A stretch of 64,000 nucleotides of DNA, from NCBI RefSeq assembly GCF_009914755.1, contig NC_060942.1; one strand, written 5' to 3'. The first letter of the stretch is position 1. Each line of letters opens with the position of its first letter. The notes under the pieces were generated by a model that saw nothing but the letters and a program-made list of their open reading frames with translations, ran no database searches and was not told the origin of the DNA. The position numbers and the translations under genes were made by a program. Positions 13,701-27,000 of the stretch are shown here, piece by piece. Origin of the DNA: the human T2T-CHM13v2.0 reference genome, Homo sapiens.

Positions 13701-16700
13701 TGAAACACCCCTTTTGTAGTATCTGGAACTGGACTTTTGGAGCGATTTCAGGGCTAAGGTGAAAAAGGAAATATCTTCCCATAAAAACTGGACAGAAGCA
13801 TTCTCAGAAACTTGGTTATGCTGTATCTACTCAACTAACAAAGTTGAACCTTTCTTTTGATAGAGCAGTTTTGAAATGGTCTTTTTGTGGAATCTGCAAG
13901 TGGATATTTGGCTAGTTTTGAGGATTTCGTTGGAAGCGGGAATTCATACAAATTGCAGACTGCAGCGTTCTGAGAAACATCTTTGTGATGTTTGTATTCA
14001 GGACACAGAGTTGAACATTCCCTATCATAGAGCAGGTTGGAATCACTCCTTTTGTAGTATCTGGAAGTGGACATTTGGAGCGCTTTCAGGCCTATTTTGG
14101 AAAGGGAAATATCTTCCCGTAACAACTATGCAGAAGCATTCTCAGAAACTTGTTTGTGATGTGTGCCCTCTACTGACAGAGTTGAACCTTTCTTTTCATA
14201 GAGCAGTTTTGAAACACTCTTTTTGTAGAATCTGCAAGAGGATATTTGCATAGCTTTGAGGATTTCGTGGGAAACGGGATTGTCTTCAGGTAAAATCTAG
14301 ACAGAAGCATTCTCAGAAACTTCTTTGGGATGTTTGCATTCAAGTCACAGAGTAGAACATTCCCTTTGGTAGAGCAGGTTTGAAACACTCTTTTTGTAGT
14401 ATCTGGAAGTGGACATTTGGAGCGCTTTCAGGCCCATGTTGGAAAGGGAAATATCTTCCCGTAACAACTAGGCAGAAGCATTCTCAGAAACTTATTTGAG
14501 ATGTGTGTACTCAACTAAGAGAATTGAACCACCGTTTTGAAGGAGCAGTTTTGAAACACTCTTTTTCTGGAATCTGCAAGAGTATATTTGCCTAGCCTTG
14601 AGGATTTCGTTGGAAACGGGATTGTCTTCAGAGAAAATCTAGACAGAAGCATTCTCAGAAACTTCTTTGGGATGTTTGCATTCAAGTCACAGAGTAGAAC
14701 ATTCCCTTTGGTAGAGCAGGTTTGAAACACTCTTTTTGTAGTATCTGGAAGTGGACATTTGGAGCGCTTTCAGGCCTACGTTGGAAAAGGAAATATCTTC
14801 CCATAACAACTAGACAGAAGCATTCTCAGAAACTAGTTTCTGATGTGTGTCCTCAACTAACACAGTTGAACATTTCTTTAGACAGAACAGTTTTGAAACA
14901 CTCTTTTTGTGGAATCTGCAAGTGGCTATTTGGCTAGATTTGAGGATTTCGTTGGAAACGGGATTACATATAAAAAGCAGTCAGCAGCATTCTCAGAAAG
15001 TTCTTTGTGATGATTGCATTCAAGTCACAGAATTGAACATTCCCTTTCACAGAGCAGGTTTGAAACACTCTTTTTGTAGTGTGTGTAAGTGGACATTTGG
15101 AGCACTTACCGGCCTAAGGTGAAAAAGGAAATATCTTCCCATAAAAACTAGACAGAAGCATTCTCAGAAACTTACTCGTGATGTGTGTCCTCAACTAAAG
15201 GAGTAGAACCTTTCTTTTCATAGAGAAGTTTTGAAACGCTCTTTTTGTGGAATCTGCAAGTGGATATTTGGCTAGTTTTGAGGATTTCGTTGGAAGCGGG
15301 AATTCATACAAATTGCAGACTGCAGCGTTCTGAGAAACATCTTTGTGATGTTTGTATTCAGGACACAGAGTTGAACATTCCCTATCATAGAGCAGGTTTG
15401 AATCACTCCTTTTGTAGTATCTGGAAGTGGACATTTGGAGTGCTTTCAGGCCTATGTTGGAAAAGGAAATATCTTCCCATAACAACTAGACAGAAGCATT
15501 CTCAGAAACTTATTTGAGATGTGTGTACTCAACTAAGAGAATTGAACCACCGTTTTGAAGGAGCAGTTTTGAAACACTCTTTTTCTGGAATCTGCAAGTG
15601 GATATTTGGCTAGCTTTGGGGATTTCGCTGGAAGCGGGAATACATATAAAAAGCACACAGCAGCGTTCTGAGAAACTGCTTTCTGATGTTTGCATTCAAG
15701 TCAAAAGTTGAACACTCCCTTTCATAGAGCAGTCTTGAAACACCCCTTTTGTAGTATCTGGAACTGGACTTTTGGAGCGATTTCAGGGCTAAGGTGAAAA
15801 AGGAAATATCTTCCCATAAAAACTGGACAGAAGCATTCTCAGAAACTTGTTTATGCTGTATCTACTCAACTAACAAAGTTGAACCTTTCTTTTGATAGAG
15901 CAGTTTTGAAATGGTCTTTTTGTGGAATCTGCAAGTGGATATTTGGCTAGTTTTGAGGATTTCGTTGGAAGCGGGAATTCATACAAATTGCAGACTGCAG
16001 CGTTCTGAGAAACATCTTTGTGATGTTTGTATTCAGGACACAGAGTTGAACATTCCCTATCATAGAGCAGGTTGGAATCACTCCTTTTGTAGTATCTGGA
16101 AGTGGACATTTGGAGCGCTTTCAGGCCTATTTTGGAAAGGGAAATATCTTCCCGTAACAACTATGCAGAAGCATTCTCAGAAACTTGTTTGTGATGTGTG
16201 CCCTCTACTGACAGAGTTGAACCTTTCTTTTCATAGAGCAGTTTTGAAACACTCTTTTTGTAGAATCTGCAAGAGGATATTTGCATAGCTTTGAGGATTT
16301 CGTGGGAAACGGGATTGTCTTCAGGTAAAATCTAGACAGAAGCATTCTCAGAAACTTCTTTGGGATGTTTGCATTCAAGTCACAGAGTAGAACATTCCCT
16401 TTGGTAGAGCAGGTTTGAAACACTCTTTTTGTAGTATCTGGAAGTGGACATTTGGAGCGCTTTCAGGCCCATGTTGGAAAGGGAAATATCTTCCCGTAAC
16501 AACTAGGCAGAAGCATTCTCAGAAACTTATTTGAGATGTGTGTACTCAACTAAGAGAATTGAACCACCGTTTTGAAGGAGCAGTTTTGAAACACTCTTTT
16601 TCTGGAATCTGCAAGAGTATATTTGCCTAGCCTTGAGGATTTCGTTGGAAACGGGATTGTCTTCAGAGAAAATCTAGACAGAAGCATTCTCAGAAACTTC

Positions 16701-18315
16701 TTTGGGATGTTTGCATTCAAGTCACAGAGTAGAACATTCCCTTTGGTAGAGCAGGTTTGAAACAGTCTTTTTTTAGTATATGGAAGTGGACATTTGGAGC
16801 GCTTTCAGGCCTACGTTGGAAAAGGAAATATCTTCCCATAACAACTAGACAGAAGCATTCTCAGAAACTAGTTTCTGATGTGTGTCCTCAACTAACACAG
16901 TTGAACATTTCTTTAGACAGAACAGTTTTGAAACACTCTTTTTGTGGAATCTGCAAGTGGCTATTTGGCTAGATTTGAGGATTTCGTTGGAAACGGGATT
17001 ACATATAAAAAGCAGTCAGCAGCATTCTCAGAAAGTTCTTTGTGATGATTGCATTCAAGTCACAGAATTGAACATTCCCTTTCACAGAGCAGGTTTGAAA
17101 CACTCTTTTTGTAGTGTGTGTAAGTGGACATTTGGAGCACTTTCCGGCCTAAGGTGAAAAAGGAAATATCTTCCCATAAAAACTAGACAGAAGCATTCTC
17201 AGAAACTTACTCGTGATGTGTGTCCTCAACTAAAGGAGTAGAACCTTTCTTTTCATAGAGAAGTTTTGAAACGCTCTTTTTGTGGAATCTGCAAGTGGAT
17301 ATTTGGCTAGTTTTGAGGATTTCGTTGGAAGCGGGAATTCATACAAATTGCAGACTGCAGCGTTCTGAGAAACATCTTTGTGATGTTTGTATTCAGGACA
17401 CAGAGTTGAACATTCCCTATCATAGAGCAGGTTTGAATCACTCCTTTTGTAGTATCTGGAAGTGGACATTTGGAGCGCTTTCAGGCCTATGTTGGAAAAG
17501 GAAATATCTTCCCATAACAACTAGACAGAAGCATTCTCAGAAACTTATTTGAGATGTGTGTACTCAACTAAGAGAATTGAACCACCGTTTTGAAGGAGCA
17601 GTTTTGAAACTCTCTTTTTCTGGAATCTGCAAGTGGATATTTGGCTAGCTTTGGGGATTTCGCTGGAAGCGGGAATACATATAAAAAGCACACAGCAGCG
17701 TTCTGAGAAACTGCTTTCTGATGTTTGCATTCAAGTCAAAAGTTGAACACTCCCTTTCATAGAGCAGTCTTGAAACACCCCTTTTGTAGTATCTGGAACT
17801 GGACTTTTGGAGCGATTTCAGGGCTAAGGTGAAAAAGGAAATATCTTCCCATAAAAACTGGACAGAAGCATTCTCAGAAACTTGTTTATGCTGTATCTAC
17901 TCAACTAACAAAGTTGAACCTTTCTTTTGATAGAGCAGTTTTGAAATGGTCTTTTTGTGGAATCTGCAAGTGGATATTTGGCTAGTTTTGAGGATTTCGT
18001 TGGAAGCGGGAATTCATACAAATTGCAGACTGCAGCGTTCTGAGAAACATCTTTGTGATGTTTGTATTCAGGACACAGAGTTGAACATTCCCTATCATAG
18101 AGCAGGTTGGAATCACTCCTTTTGTAGTATCTGGAAGTGGACATTTGGAGCGCTTTCAGGCCTATTTTGGAAAGGGAAATATCTTCCCGTAACAACTATG
18201 CAGAAGCATTCTCAGAAACTTGTTTGTGATGTGTGCCCTCTACTGACAGAGTTGAACCTTTCTTTTCATAGAGCAGTTTTGAAACACTCTTTTTGTAGAA
18301 TCTGCAAGAGGATAT

Positions 18316-21025
18316 TTGCATAGCTTTGAGGATTTCGTGGGAAACGGGATTGTCTTCAGGTAAAATCTAGACAGAAGCATTCTCAGAAACTTCTTTGGGA
18401 TGTTTGCATTCAAGTCACAGAGTAGAACATTCCCTTTGGTAGAGCAGGTTTGAAACACTCTTTTTGTAGTATCTGGAAGTGGACATTTGGAGCGCTTTCA
18501 GGCCCATGTTGGAAAGGGAAATATCTTCCCGTAACAACTAGGCAGAAGCATTCTCAGAAACTTATTTGAGATGTGTGTACTCAACTAAGAGAATTGAACC
18601 ACCGTTTTGAAGGAGCAGTTTTGAAACACTCTTTTTCTGGAATCTGCAAGAGTATATTTGCCTAGCCTTGAGGATTTCGTTGGAAACGGGATTGTCTTCA
18701 GAGAAAATCTAGACAGAAGTATTCTCAGAAACTTCTTTGGGATGTTTGCATTCAAGTCACAGAGTAGAACATTCCCTTTGGTAGAGCAGGTTTGAAACAC
18801 TCTTTTTGTAGTATCTGGAAGTGGACATTTGGAGCGCTTTCAGGCCTACGTTGGAAAAGGAAATATCTTCCCATAACAACTAGACAGAAGCATTCTCAGA
18901 AACTAGTTTCTGATGTGTGTCCTCAACTAACACAGTTGAACATTTCTTTAGACAGAACAGTTTTGAAACACTCTTTTTGTGGAATCTGCAAGTGGCTATT
19001 TGGCTAGATTTGAGGATTTCGTTGGAAACGGGATTACATATAAAAAGCAGTCAGCAGCATTCTCAGAAAGTTCTTTGTGATGATTGCATTCAAGTCACAG
19101 AATTGAACATTCCCTTTCACAGAGCAGGTTTGAAACACTCTTTTTGTAGTGTGTGTAAGTGGACATTTGGAGCACTTACCGGCCTAAGGTGAAAAAGGAA
19201 ATATCTTCCCATAAAAACTAGACAGAAGCATTCTCAGAAACTTACTCGTGATGTGTGTCCTCAACTAAAGGAGTAGAACCTTTCTTTTCATAGAGAAGTT
19301 TTGAAACGCTCTTTTTGTGGAATCTGCAAGTGGATATTTGGCTAGTTTTGAGGATTTCGTTGGAAGCGGGAATTCATACAAATTGCAGACTGCAGCGTTC
19401 TGAGAAACATCTTTGTGATGTTTGTATTCAGGACACAGAGTTGAACATTCCCTATCATAGAGCAGGTTTGAATCACTCCTTTTGTAGTATCTGGAAGTGG
19501 ACATTTGGAGCGCTTTCAGGCCTATGTTGGAAAAGGAAATATCTTCCCATAACAACTAGACAGAAGCATTCTCAGAAACTTATTTGAGATGTGTGTACTC
19601 AACTAAGAGAATTGAACCACCGTTTTGAAGGAGCAGTTTTGAAACTCTCTTTTTCTGGAATCTGCAAGTGGATATTTGGCTAGCTTTGGGGATTTCGCTG
19701 GAAGCGGGAATACATATAAAAAGCACACAGCAGCGTTCTGAGAAACTGCTTTCTGATGTTTGCATTCAAGTCAAAAGTTGAACACTCCCTTTCATAGAGC
19801 AGTCTTGAAACACCCCTTTTGTAGTATCTGGAACTGTTCTTTTGGAGCGATTTCAGGGCTAAGGTGAAAAAGGAAATATCTTCCCATAAAAACTGGACAG
19901 AAGCATTCTCAGAAACTTGCTTATGCTGTATCTACTCAACTAACAAAGTTGAACCTTTCTTTTGATAGAGCAGTTTTGAAATGGTCTTTTTGTGGAATCT
20001 GCAAGTGGATATTTGGCTAGTTTTGAGGATTTCGTTGGAAGCGGGAATTCATACAAATTGCAGACTGCAGCGTTCTGAGAAACATCTTTGTGATGTTTGT
20101 ATTCAGGACACAGAGTTGAACATTCCCTATCATAGAGCAGGTTTGAATCACTCCTTTTGTAGTATCTGGAAGTGGACATTTGGAGTGCTTTCAGGCCTAT
20201 GTTGGAAAAGGAAATATCTTCCCATAACAACTAGACAGAAGCATTCTCAGAAACTTATCTGAGATGTGTGTACTCAACTAAGAGAATTGAACCACCGTTT
20301 TGAAGGAGCAGTTTTGACACACTCTTTTTCTGGAATCTGCAAGTGGATATTTGGCTAGCTTTGGGGATTTCGCTGGAAGCGGGAATACATATAAAAAGCA
20401 CACAGCAGCGTTCTGAGAAACTGCTTTCTGATGTTTGCATTCAAGTCAAAAGTTGAACACTCCCTTTCATAGAGCAGTCTTGAAACACCCCTTTTGTAGT
20501 ATCTGGAACTGGACTTTTGGAGCGATTTCAGGGCTAAGGTGAAAAAGGAAATATCTTCCCATAAAAACTGGACAGAAGCATTCTCAGAAACTTGGTTATG
20601 CTGTATCTACTCAACTAACAAAGTTGAACCTTTCTTTTGATAGAGCAGTTTTGAAATGGTCTTTTTGTGGAATCTGCAAGTGGATATTTGGCTAGTTTTG
20701 AGGATTTCGTTGGAAGCGGGAATTCATACAAATTGCAGACTGCAGCGTTCTGAGAAACATCTTTGTGATGTTTGTATTCAGGACACAGAGTTGAACATTC
20801 CCTATCATAGAGCAGGTTGGAATCACTCCTTTTGTAGTATCTGGAAGTGGACATTTGGAGCGCTTTCAGGCCTATTTTGGAAAGGGAAATATCTTCCCGT
20901 AACAACTATGCAGAAGCATTCTCAGAAACTTGTTTGTGATGTGTGCCCTCTACTGACAGAGTTGAACCTTTCTTTTCATAGAGCAGTTTTGAAACACTCT
21001 TTTTGTAGAATCTGCAAGAGGATAT
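18316..21025 (+). repeat. 16-mer HOR structural variant #1 (U10; 2710 bp = 2035 + 675)
   Basis: The marker ORF jumps 18917 to 21627 (+2710). Three EcoRI sites at 19370, 20045 and 20720. The 4-monomer block is tandemly duplicated. Confidence 0.96.
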
Positions 21026-24000
21026 TTGCATAGCTTTGAGGATTTCGTGGGAAACGGGATTGTCTTCAGGTAAAATCTAGACAGAAGCATTCTTAGAAAC
21101 TTCTTTGGGATGTTTGCATTCAAGTCACAGAGTAGAACATTCCCTTTGGTAGAGCAGGTTTGAAACACTCTTTTTGTAGTATCTGGAAGTGGACATTTGG
21201 AGCGCTTTCAGGCCCATGTTGGAAAGGGAAATATCTTCCCGTAACAACTAGGCAGAAGCATTCTCAGAAACTTATTTGAGATGTGTGTACTCAACTAAGA
21301 GAATTGAACCACCGTTTTGAAGGAGCAGTTTTGAAACACTCTTTTTCTGGAATCTGCAAGAGTATATTTGCCTAGCCTTGAGGATTTCGTTGGAAACGGG
21401 ATTGTCTTCAGAGAAAATCTAGACAGAAGCATTCTCAGAAACTTCTTTGGGATGTTTGCATTCAAGTCACAGAGTAGAACATTCCCTTTGGTAGAGCAGG
21501 TTTGAAACAGTCTTTTTTTAGTATATGGAAGTGGACATTTGGAGCGCTTTCAGGCCTACGTTGGAAAAGGAAATATCTTCCCATAACAACTAGACAGAAG
21601 CATTCTCAGAAACTAGTTTCTGATGTGTGTCCTCAACTAACACAGTTGAACATTTCTTTAGACAGAACAGTTTTGAAACACTCTTTTTGTGGAATCTGCA
21701 AGTGGCTATTTGGCTAGATTTGAGGATTTCGTTGGAAACGGGATTACATATAAAAAGCAGTCAGCAGCATTCTCAGAAAGTTCTTTGTGATGATTGCATT
21801 CAAGTCACAGAATTGAACATTCCCTTTCACAGAGCAGGTTTGAAACACTCTTTTTGTAGTGTGTGTAAGTGGACATTTGGAGCACTTACCGGCCTAAGGT
21901 GAAAAAGGAAATATCTTCCCATAAAAACTAGACAGAAGCATTCTCAGAAACTTACTCGTGATGTGTGTCCTCAACTAAAGGAGTAGAACCTTTCTTTTCA
22001 TAGAGAAGTTTTGAAACGCTCTTTTTGTGGAATCTGCAAGTGGATATTTGGCTAGTTTTGAGGATTTCGTTGGAAGCGGGAATTCATACAAATTGCAGAC
22101 TGCAGCGTTCTGAGAAACATCTTTGTGATGTTTGTATTCAGGACACAGAGTTGAACATTCCCTATCATAGAGCAGGTTTGAATCACTCCTTTTGTAGTAT
22201 CTGGAAGTGGACATTTGGAGTGCTTTCTGGCATATGTTGGAAAAGGAAATATCTTCCCATAACAACTAGACAGAAGCATTCTCAGAAACTTATTTGAGAT
22301 GTGTGTACTCAACTAAGAGAATTGAACCACCGTTTTGAAGGAGCAGTTTTGAAACACTCTTTTTCTGGAATCTGCAAGTGGATATTTGGCTAGCTTTGGG
22401 GATTTCGCTGGAAGCGGGAATACATATAAAAAGCACACAGCAGCGTTCTGAGAAACTGCTTTCTGATGTTTGCATTCAAGTCAAAAGTTGAACACTCCCT
22501 TTCATAGAGCAGTCTTGAAACACCCCTTTTGTAGTATCTGGAACTGGACTTTTGGAGCGATTTCAGGGCTAAGGTGAAAAAGGAAATATCTTCCCATAAA
22601 AACTGGACGCGCATTCTCAGAAACTTGGTTATGCTGTATCTACTCAACTAACAAAGTTGAACCTTTCTTTTGATAGAGCAGTTTTGAAATGGTCTTTTTG
22701 TGGAATCTGCAAGTGGATATTTGGCTAGTTTTGAGGATTTCGTTGGAAGCGGGAATTCATACAAATTGCAGACTGCAGCGTTCTGAGAAACATCTTTGTG
22801 ATGTTTGTATTCAGGACACAGAGTTGAACATTCCCTATCATAGAGCAGGTTGGAATCACTCCTTTTGTAGTATCTGGAAGTGGACATTTGGAGCGCTTTC
22901 AGGCCTATTTTGGAAAGGGAAATATCTTCCCGTAACAACTATGCAGAAGCATTCTCAGAAACTTGTTTGTGATGTGTGCCCTCTACTGACAGAGTTGAAC
23001 CTTTCTTTTCATAGAGCAGTTTTGAAACACTCTTTTTGTAGAATCTGCAAGAGGATATTTGCATAGCTTTCAGGATTTCGTGGGAAACGGGATTGTCTTC
23101 AGGTAAAATCTAGACAGAAGCATTCTCAGAAACTTCTTTGGGATGTTTGCATTCAAGTCACAGAGTAGAACATTCCCTTTGGTAGAGCAGGTTTGAAACA
23201 CTCTTTTTGTAGTATCTGGAAGTGGACATTTGGAGCGCTTTCAGGCCCATGTTGGAAAGGGAAATATCTTCCCGTAACAACTAGGCAGAAGCATTCTCAG
23301 AAACTTATTTGAGATGTGTGTACTCAACTAAGAGAATTGAACCACCGTTTTGAAGGAGCAGTTTTGAAACACTCTTTTTCTGGAATCTGCAAGAGTATAT
23401 TTGCCTAGCCTTGAGGATTTCGTTGGAAACGGGATTGTCTTCAGAGAAAATCTAGACAGAAGCATTCTCAGAAACTTCTTTGGGATGTTTGCATTCAAGT
23501 CACAGAGTAGAACATTCCCTTTGGTAGAGCAGGTTTGAAACACTCTTTTTGTAGTATCTGGAAGTGGACATTTGGAGCGCTTTCAGGCCTACGTTGGAAA
23601 AGGAAATATCTTCCCATAACAACTAGACAGAAGCATTCTCAGAAACTAGTTTCTGATGTGTGTCCTCAACTAACACAGTTGAACATTTCTTTAGACAGAA
23701 CAGTTTTGAAACACTCTTTTTGTGGAATCTGCAAGTGGCTATTTGGCTAGATTTGAGGATTTCGTTGGAAACGGGATTACATATAAAAAGCAGTCAGCAG
23801 CATTCTCAGAAAGTTCTTTGTGATGATTGCATTCAAGTCACAGAATTGAACATTCCCTTTCACAGAGCAGGTTTGAAACACTCTTTTTGTAGTGTGTGTA
23901 AGTGGACATTTGGAGCACTTACCGGCCTAAGGTGAAAAAGGAAATATCTTCCCATAAAAACTAGACAGAAGCATTCTCAGAAACTTACTCGTGATGTGTG

Positions 24001-27000
24001 TCCTCAACTAAAGGAGTAGAACCTTTCTTTTCATAGAGAAGTTTTGAAACGCTCTTTTTGTGGAATCTGCAAGTGGATATTTGGCTAGTTTTGAGGATTT
24101 CGTTGGAAGCGGGAATTCATACAAATTGCAGACTGCAGCGTTCTGAGAAACATCTTTGTGATGTTTGTATTCAGGACACAGAGTTGAACATTCCCTATCA
24201 TAGAGCAGGTTTGAATCACTCCTTTTGTAGTATCTGGAAGTGGACATTTGGAGTGCTTTCTGGCATATGTTGGAAAAGGAAATATCTTCCCATAACAACT
24301 AGACAGAAGCATTCTCAGAAACTTATTTGAGATGTGTGTACTCAACTAAGAGAATTGAACCACCGTTTTGAAGGAGCAGTTTTGAAACACTCTTTTTCTG
24401 GAATCTGCAAGTGGATATTTGGCTAGCTTTGGGGATTTCGCTGGAAGCGGGAATACATATAAAAAGCACACAGCAGCGTTCTGAGAAACTGCTTTCTGAT
24501 GTTTGCATTCAAGTCAAAAGTTGAACACTCCCTTTCATAGAGCAGTCTTGAAACACCCCTTTTGTAGTATCTGGAACTGGACTTTTGGAGCGATTTCAGG
24601 GCTAAGGTGAAAAAGGAAATATCTTCCCATAAAAACTGGACAGAAGCATTCTCAGAAACTTCTTTATGCTGTATCTACTCAACTAACAAAGTTGAACCTT
24701 TCTTTTGATAGAGCAGTTTTGAAATGGTCTTTTTGTGGAATCTGCAAGTGGATATTTGGCTAGTTTTGAGGATTTCGTTGGAAGCGGGAATTCATACAAA
24801 TTGCAGACTGCAGCGTTCTGAGAAACATCTTTGTGATGTTTGTATTCAGGACACAGAGTTGAACATTCCCTATCATAGAGCAGGTTGGAATCACTCCTTT
24901 TGTAGTATCTGGAAGTGGACATTTGGAGCGCTTTCAGGCCTATTTTGGAAAGGGAAATATCTTCCCGTAACAACTATGCAGAAGCATTCTCAGAAACTTG
25001 TTTGTGATGTGTGCCCTCTACTGACAGAGTTGAACCTTTCTTTTCATAGAGCAGTTTTGAAACACTCTTTTTGTAGAATCTGCAAGAGGATATTTGCATA
25101 GCTTTGAGGATTTCGTGGGAAACGGGATTGTCTTCAGGTAAAATCTAGACAGAAGCATTCTCAGAAACTTCTTTGGGATGTTTGCATTCAAGTCACAGAG
25201 TAGAACATTCCCTTTGGTAGAGCAGGTTTGAAACACTCTTTTTGTAGTATCTGGAAGTGGACATTTGGAGCGCTTTCAGGCCCATGTTGGAAAGGGAAAT
25301 ATCTTCCCGTAACAACTAGGCAGAAGCATTCTCAGAAACTTATTTGAGATGTGTGTACTCAACTAAGAGAATTGAACCACCGTTTTGAAGGAGCAGTTTT
25401 GAAACACTCTTTTTCTGGAATCTGCAAGAGTATATTTGCCTAGCCTTGAGGATTTCGTTGGAAACGGGATTGTCTTCAGAGAAAATCTAGACAGAAGCAT
25501 TCTCAGAAACTTCTTTGGGATGTTTGCATTCAAGTCACAGAGTAGAACATTCCCTTTGGTAGAGCAGGTTTGAAACAGTCTTTTTTTAGTATATGGAAGT
25601 GGACATTTGGAGCGCTTTCAGGCCTACGTTGGAAAAGGAAATATCTTCCCATAACAACTAGACAGAAGCATTCTCAGAAACTAGTTTCTGATGTGTGTCC
25701 TCAACTAACACAGTTGAACATTTCTTTAGACAGAACAGTTTTGAAACACTCTTTTTGTGGAATCTGCAAGTGGCTATTTGGCTAGATTTGAGGATTTCGT
25801 TGGAAACGGGATTACATATAAAAAGCAGTCAGCAGCATTCTCAGAAAGTTCTTTGTGATGATTGCATTCAAGTCACAGAATTGAACATTCCCTTTCACAG
25901 AGCAGGTTTGAAACACTCTTTTTGTAGTGTGTGTAAGTGGACATTTGGAGCACTTACCGGCCTAAGGTGAAAAAGGAAATATCTTCCCATAAAAACTAGA
26001 CAGAAGCATTCTCAGAAACTTACTCGTGATGTGTGTCCTCAACTAAAGGAGTAGAACCTTTCTTTTCATAGAGAAGTTTTGAAACGCTCTTTTTGTGGAA
26101 TCTGCAAGTGGATATTTGGCTAGTTTTGAGGATTTCGTTGGAAGCGGGAATTCATACAAATTGCAGACTGCAGCGTTCTGAGAAACATCTTTGTGATGTT
26201 TGTATTCAGGACACAGAGTTGAACATTCCCTATCATAGAGCAGGTTTGAATCACTCCTTTTGTAGTATCTGGAAGTGGACATTTGGAGTGCTTTCTGGCA
26301 TATGTTGGAAAAGGAAATATCTTCCCATAACAACTAGACAGAAGCATTCTCAGAAACTTATTTGAGATGTGTGTACTCAACTAAGAGAATTGAACCACCG
26401 TTTTGAAGGAGCAGTTTTGAAACACTCTTTTTCTGGAATCTGCAAGTGGATATTTGGCTAGCTTTGGGGATTTCGCTGGAAGCGGGAATACATATAAAAA
26501 GCACACAGCAGCGTTCTGAGAAACTGCTTTCTGATGTTTGCATTCAAGTCAAAAGTTGAACACTCCCTTTCATAGAGCAGTCTTGAAACACCCCTTTTGT
26601 AGTATCTGGAACTGGACTTTTGGAGCGATTTCAGGGCTAAGGTGAAAAAGGAAATATCTTCCCATAAAAACTGGACAGAAGCATTCTCAGAAACTTGTTT
26701 ATGCTGTATCTACTCAACTAACAAAGTTGAACCTTTCTTTTGATAGAGCAGTTTTGAAATGGTCTTTTTGTGGAATCTGCAAGTGGATATTTGGCTAGTT
26801 TTGAGGATTTCGTTGGAAGCGGGAATTCATACAAATTGCAGACTGCAGCGTTCTGAGAAACATCTTTGTGATGTTTGTATTCAGGACACAGAGTTGAACA
26901 TTCCCTATCATAGAGCAGGTTGGAATCACTCCTTTTGTAGTATCTGGAAGTGGACATTTGGAGCGCTTTCAGGCCTATTTTGGAAAGGGAAATATCTTCC

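Larger units (their letters stand above)
1..18315 (+). repeat. Nine consecutive canonical 12-mer HORs (U1-U9), each exactly 2035 bp
   Basis: Marker ORF starts 602 through 18917 are spaced by exactly 2035. Confidence 0.97.

Noticed and set aside
22390-22647. Unique 85-aa minus-strand ORF
   Set aside because: It arises only from the frameshift caused by the private 2-bp loss at ~22609.
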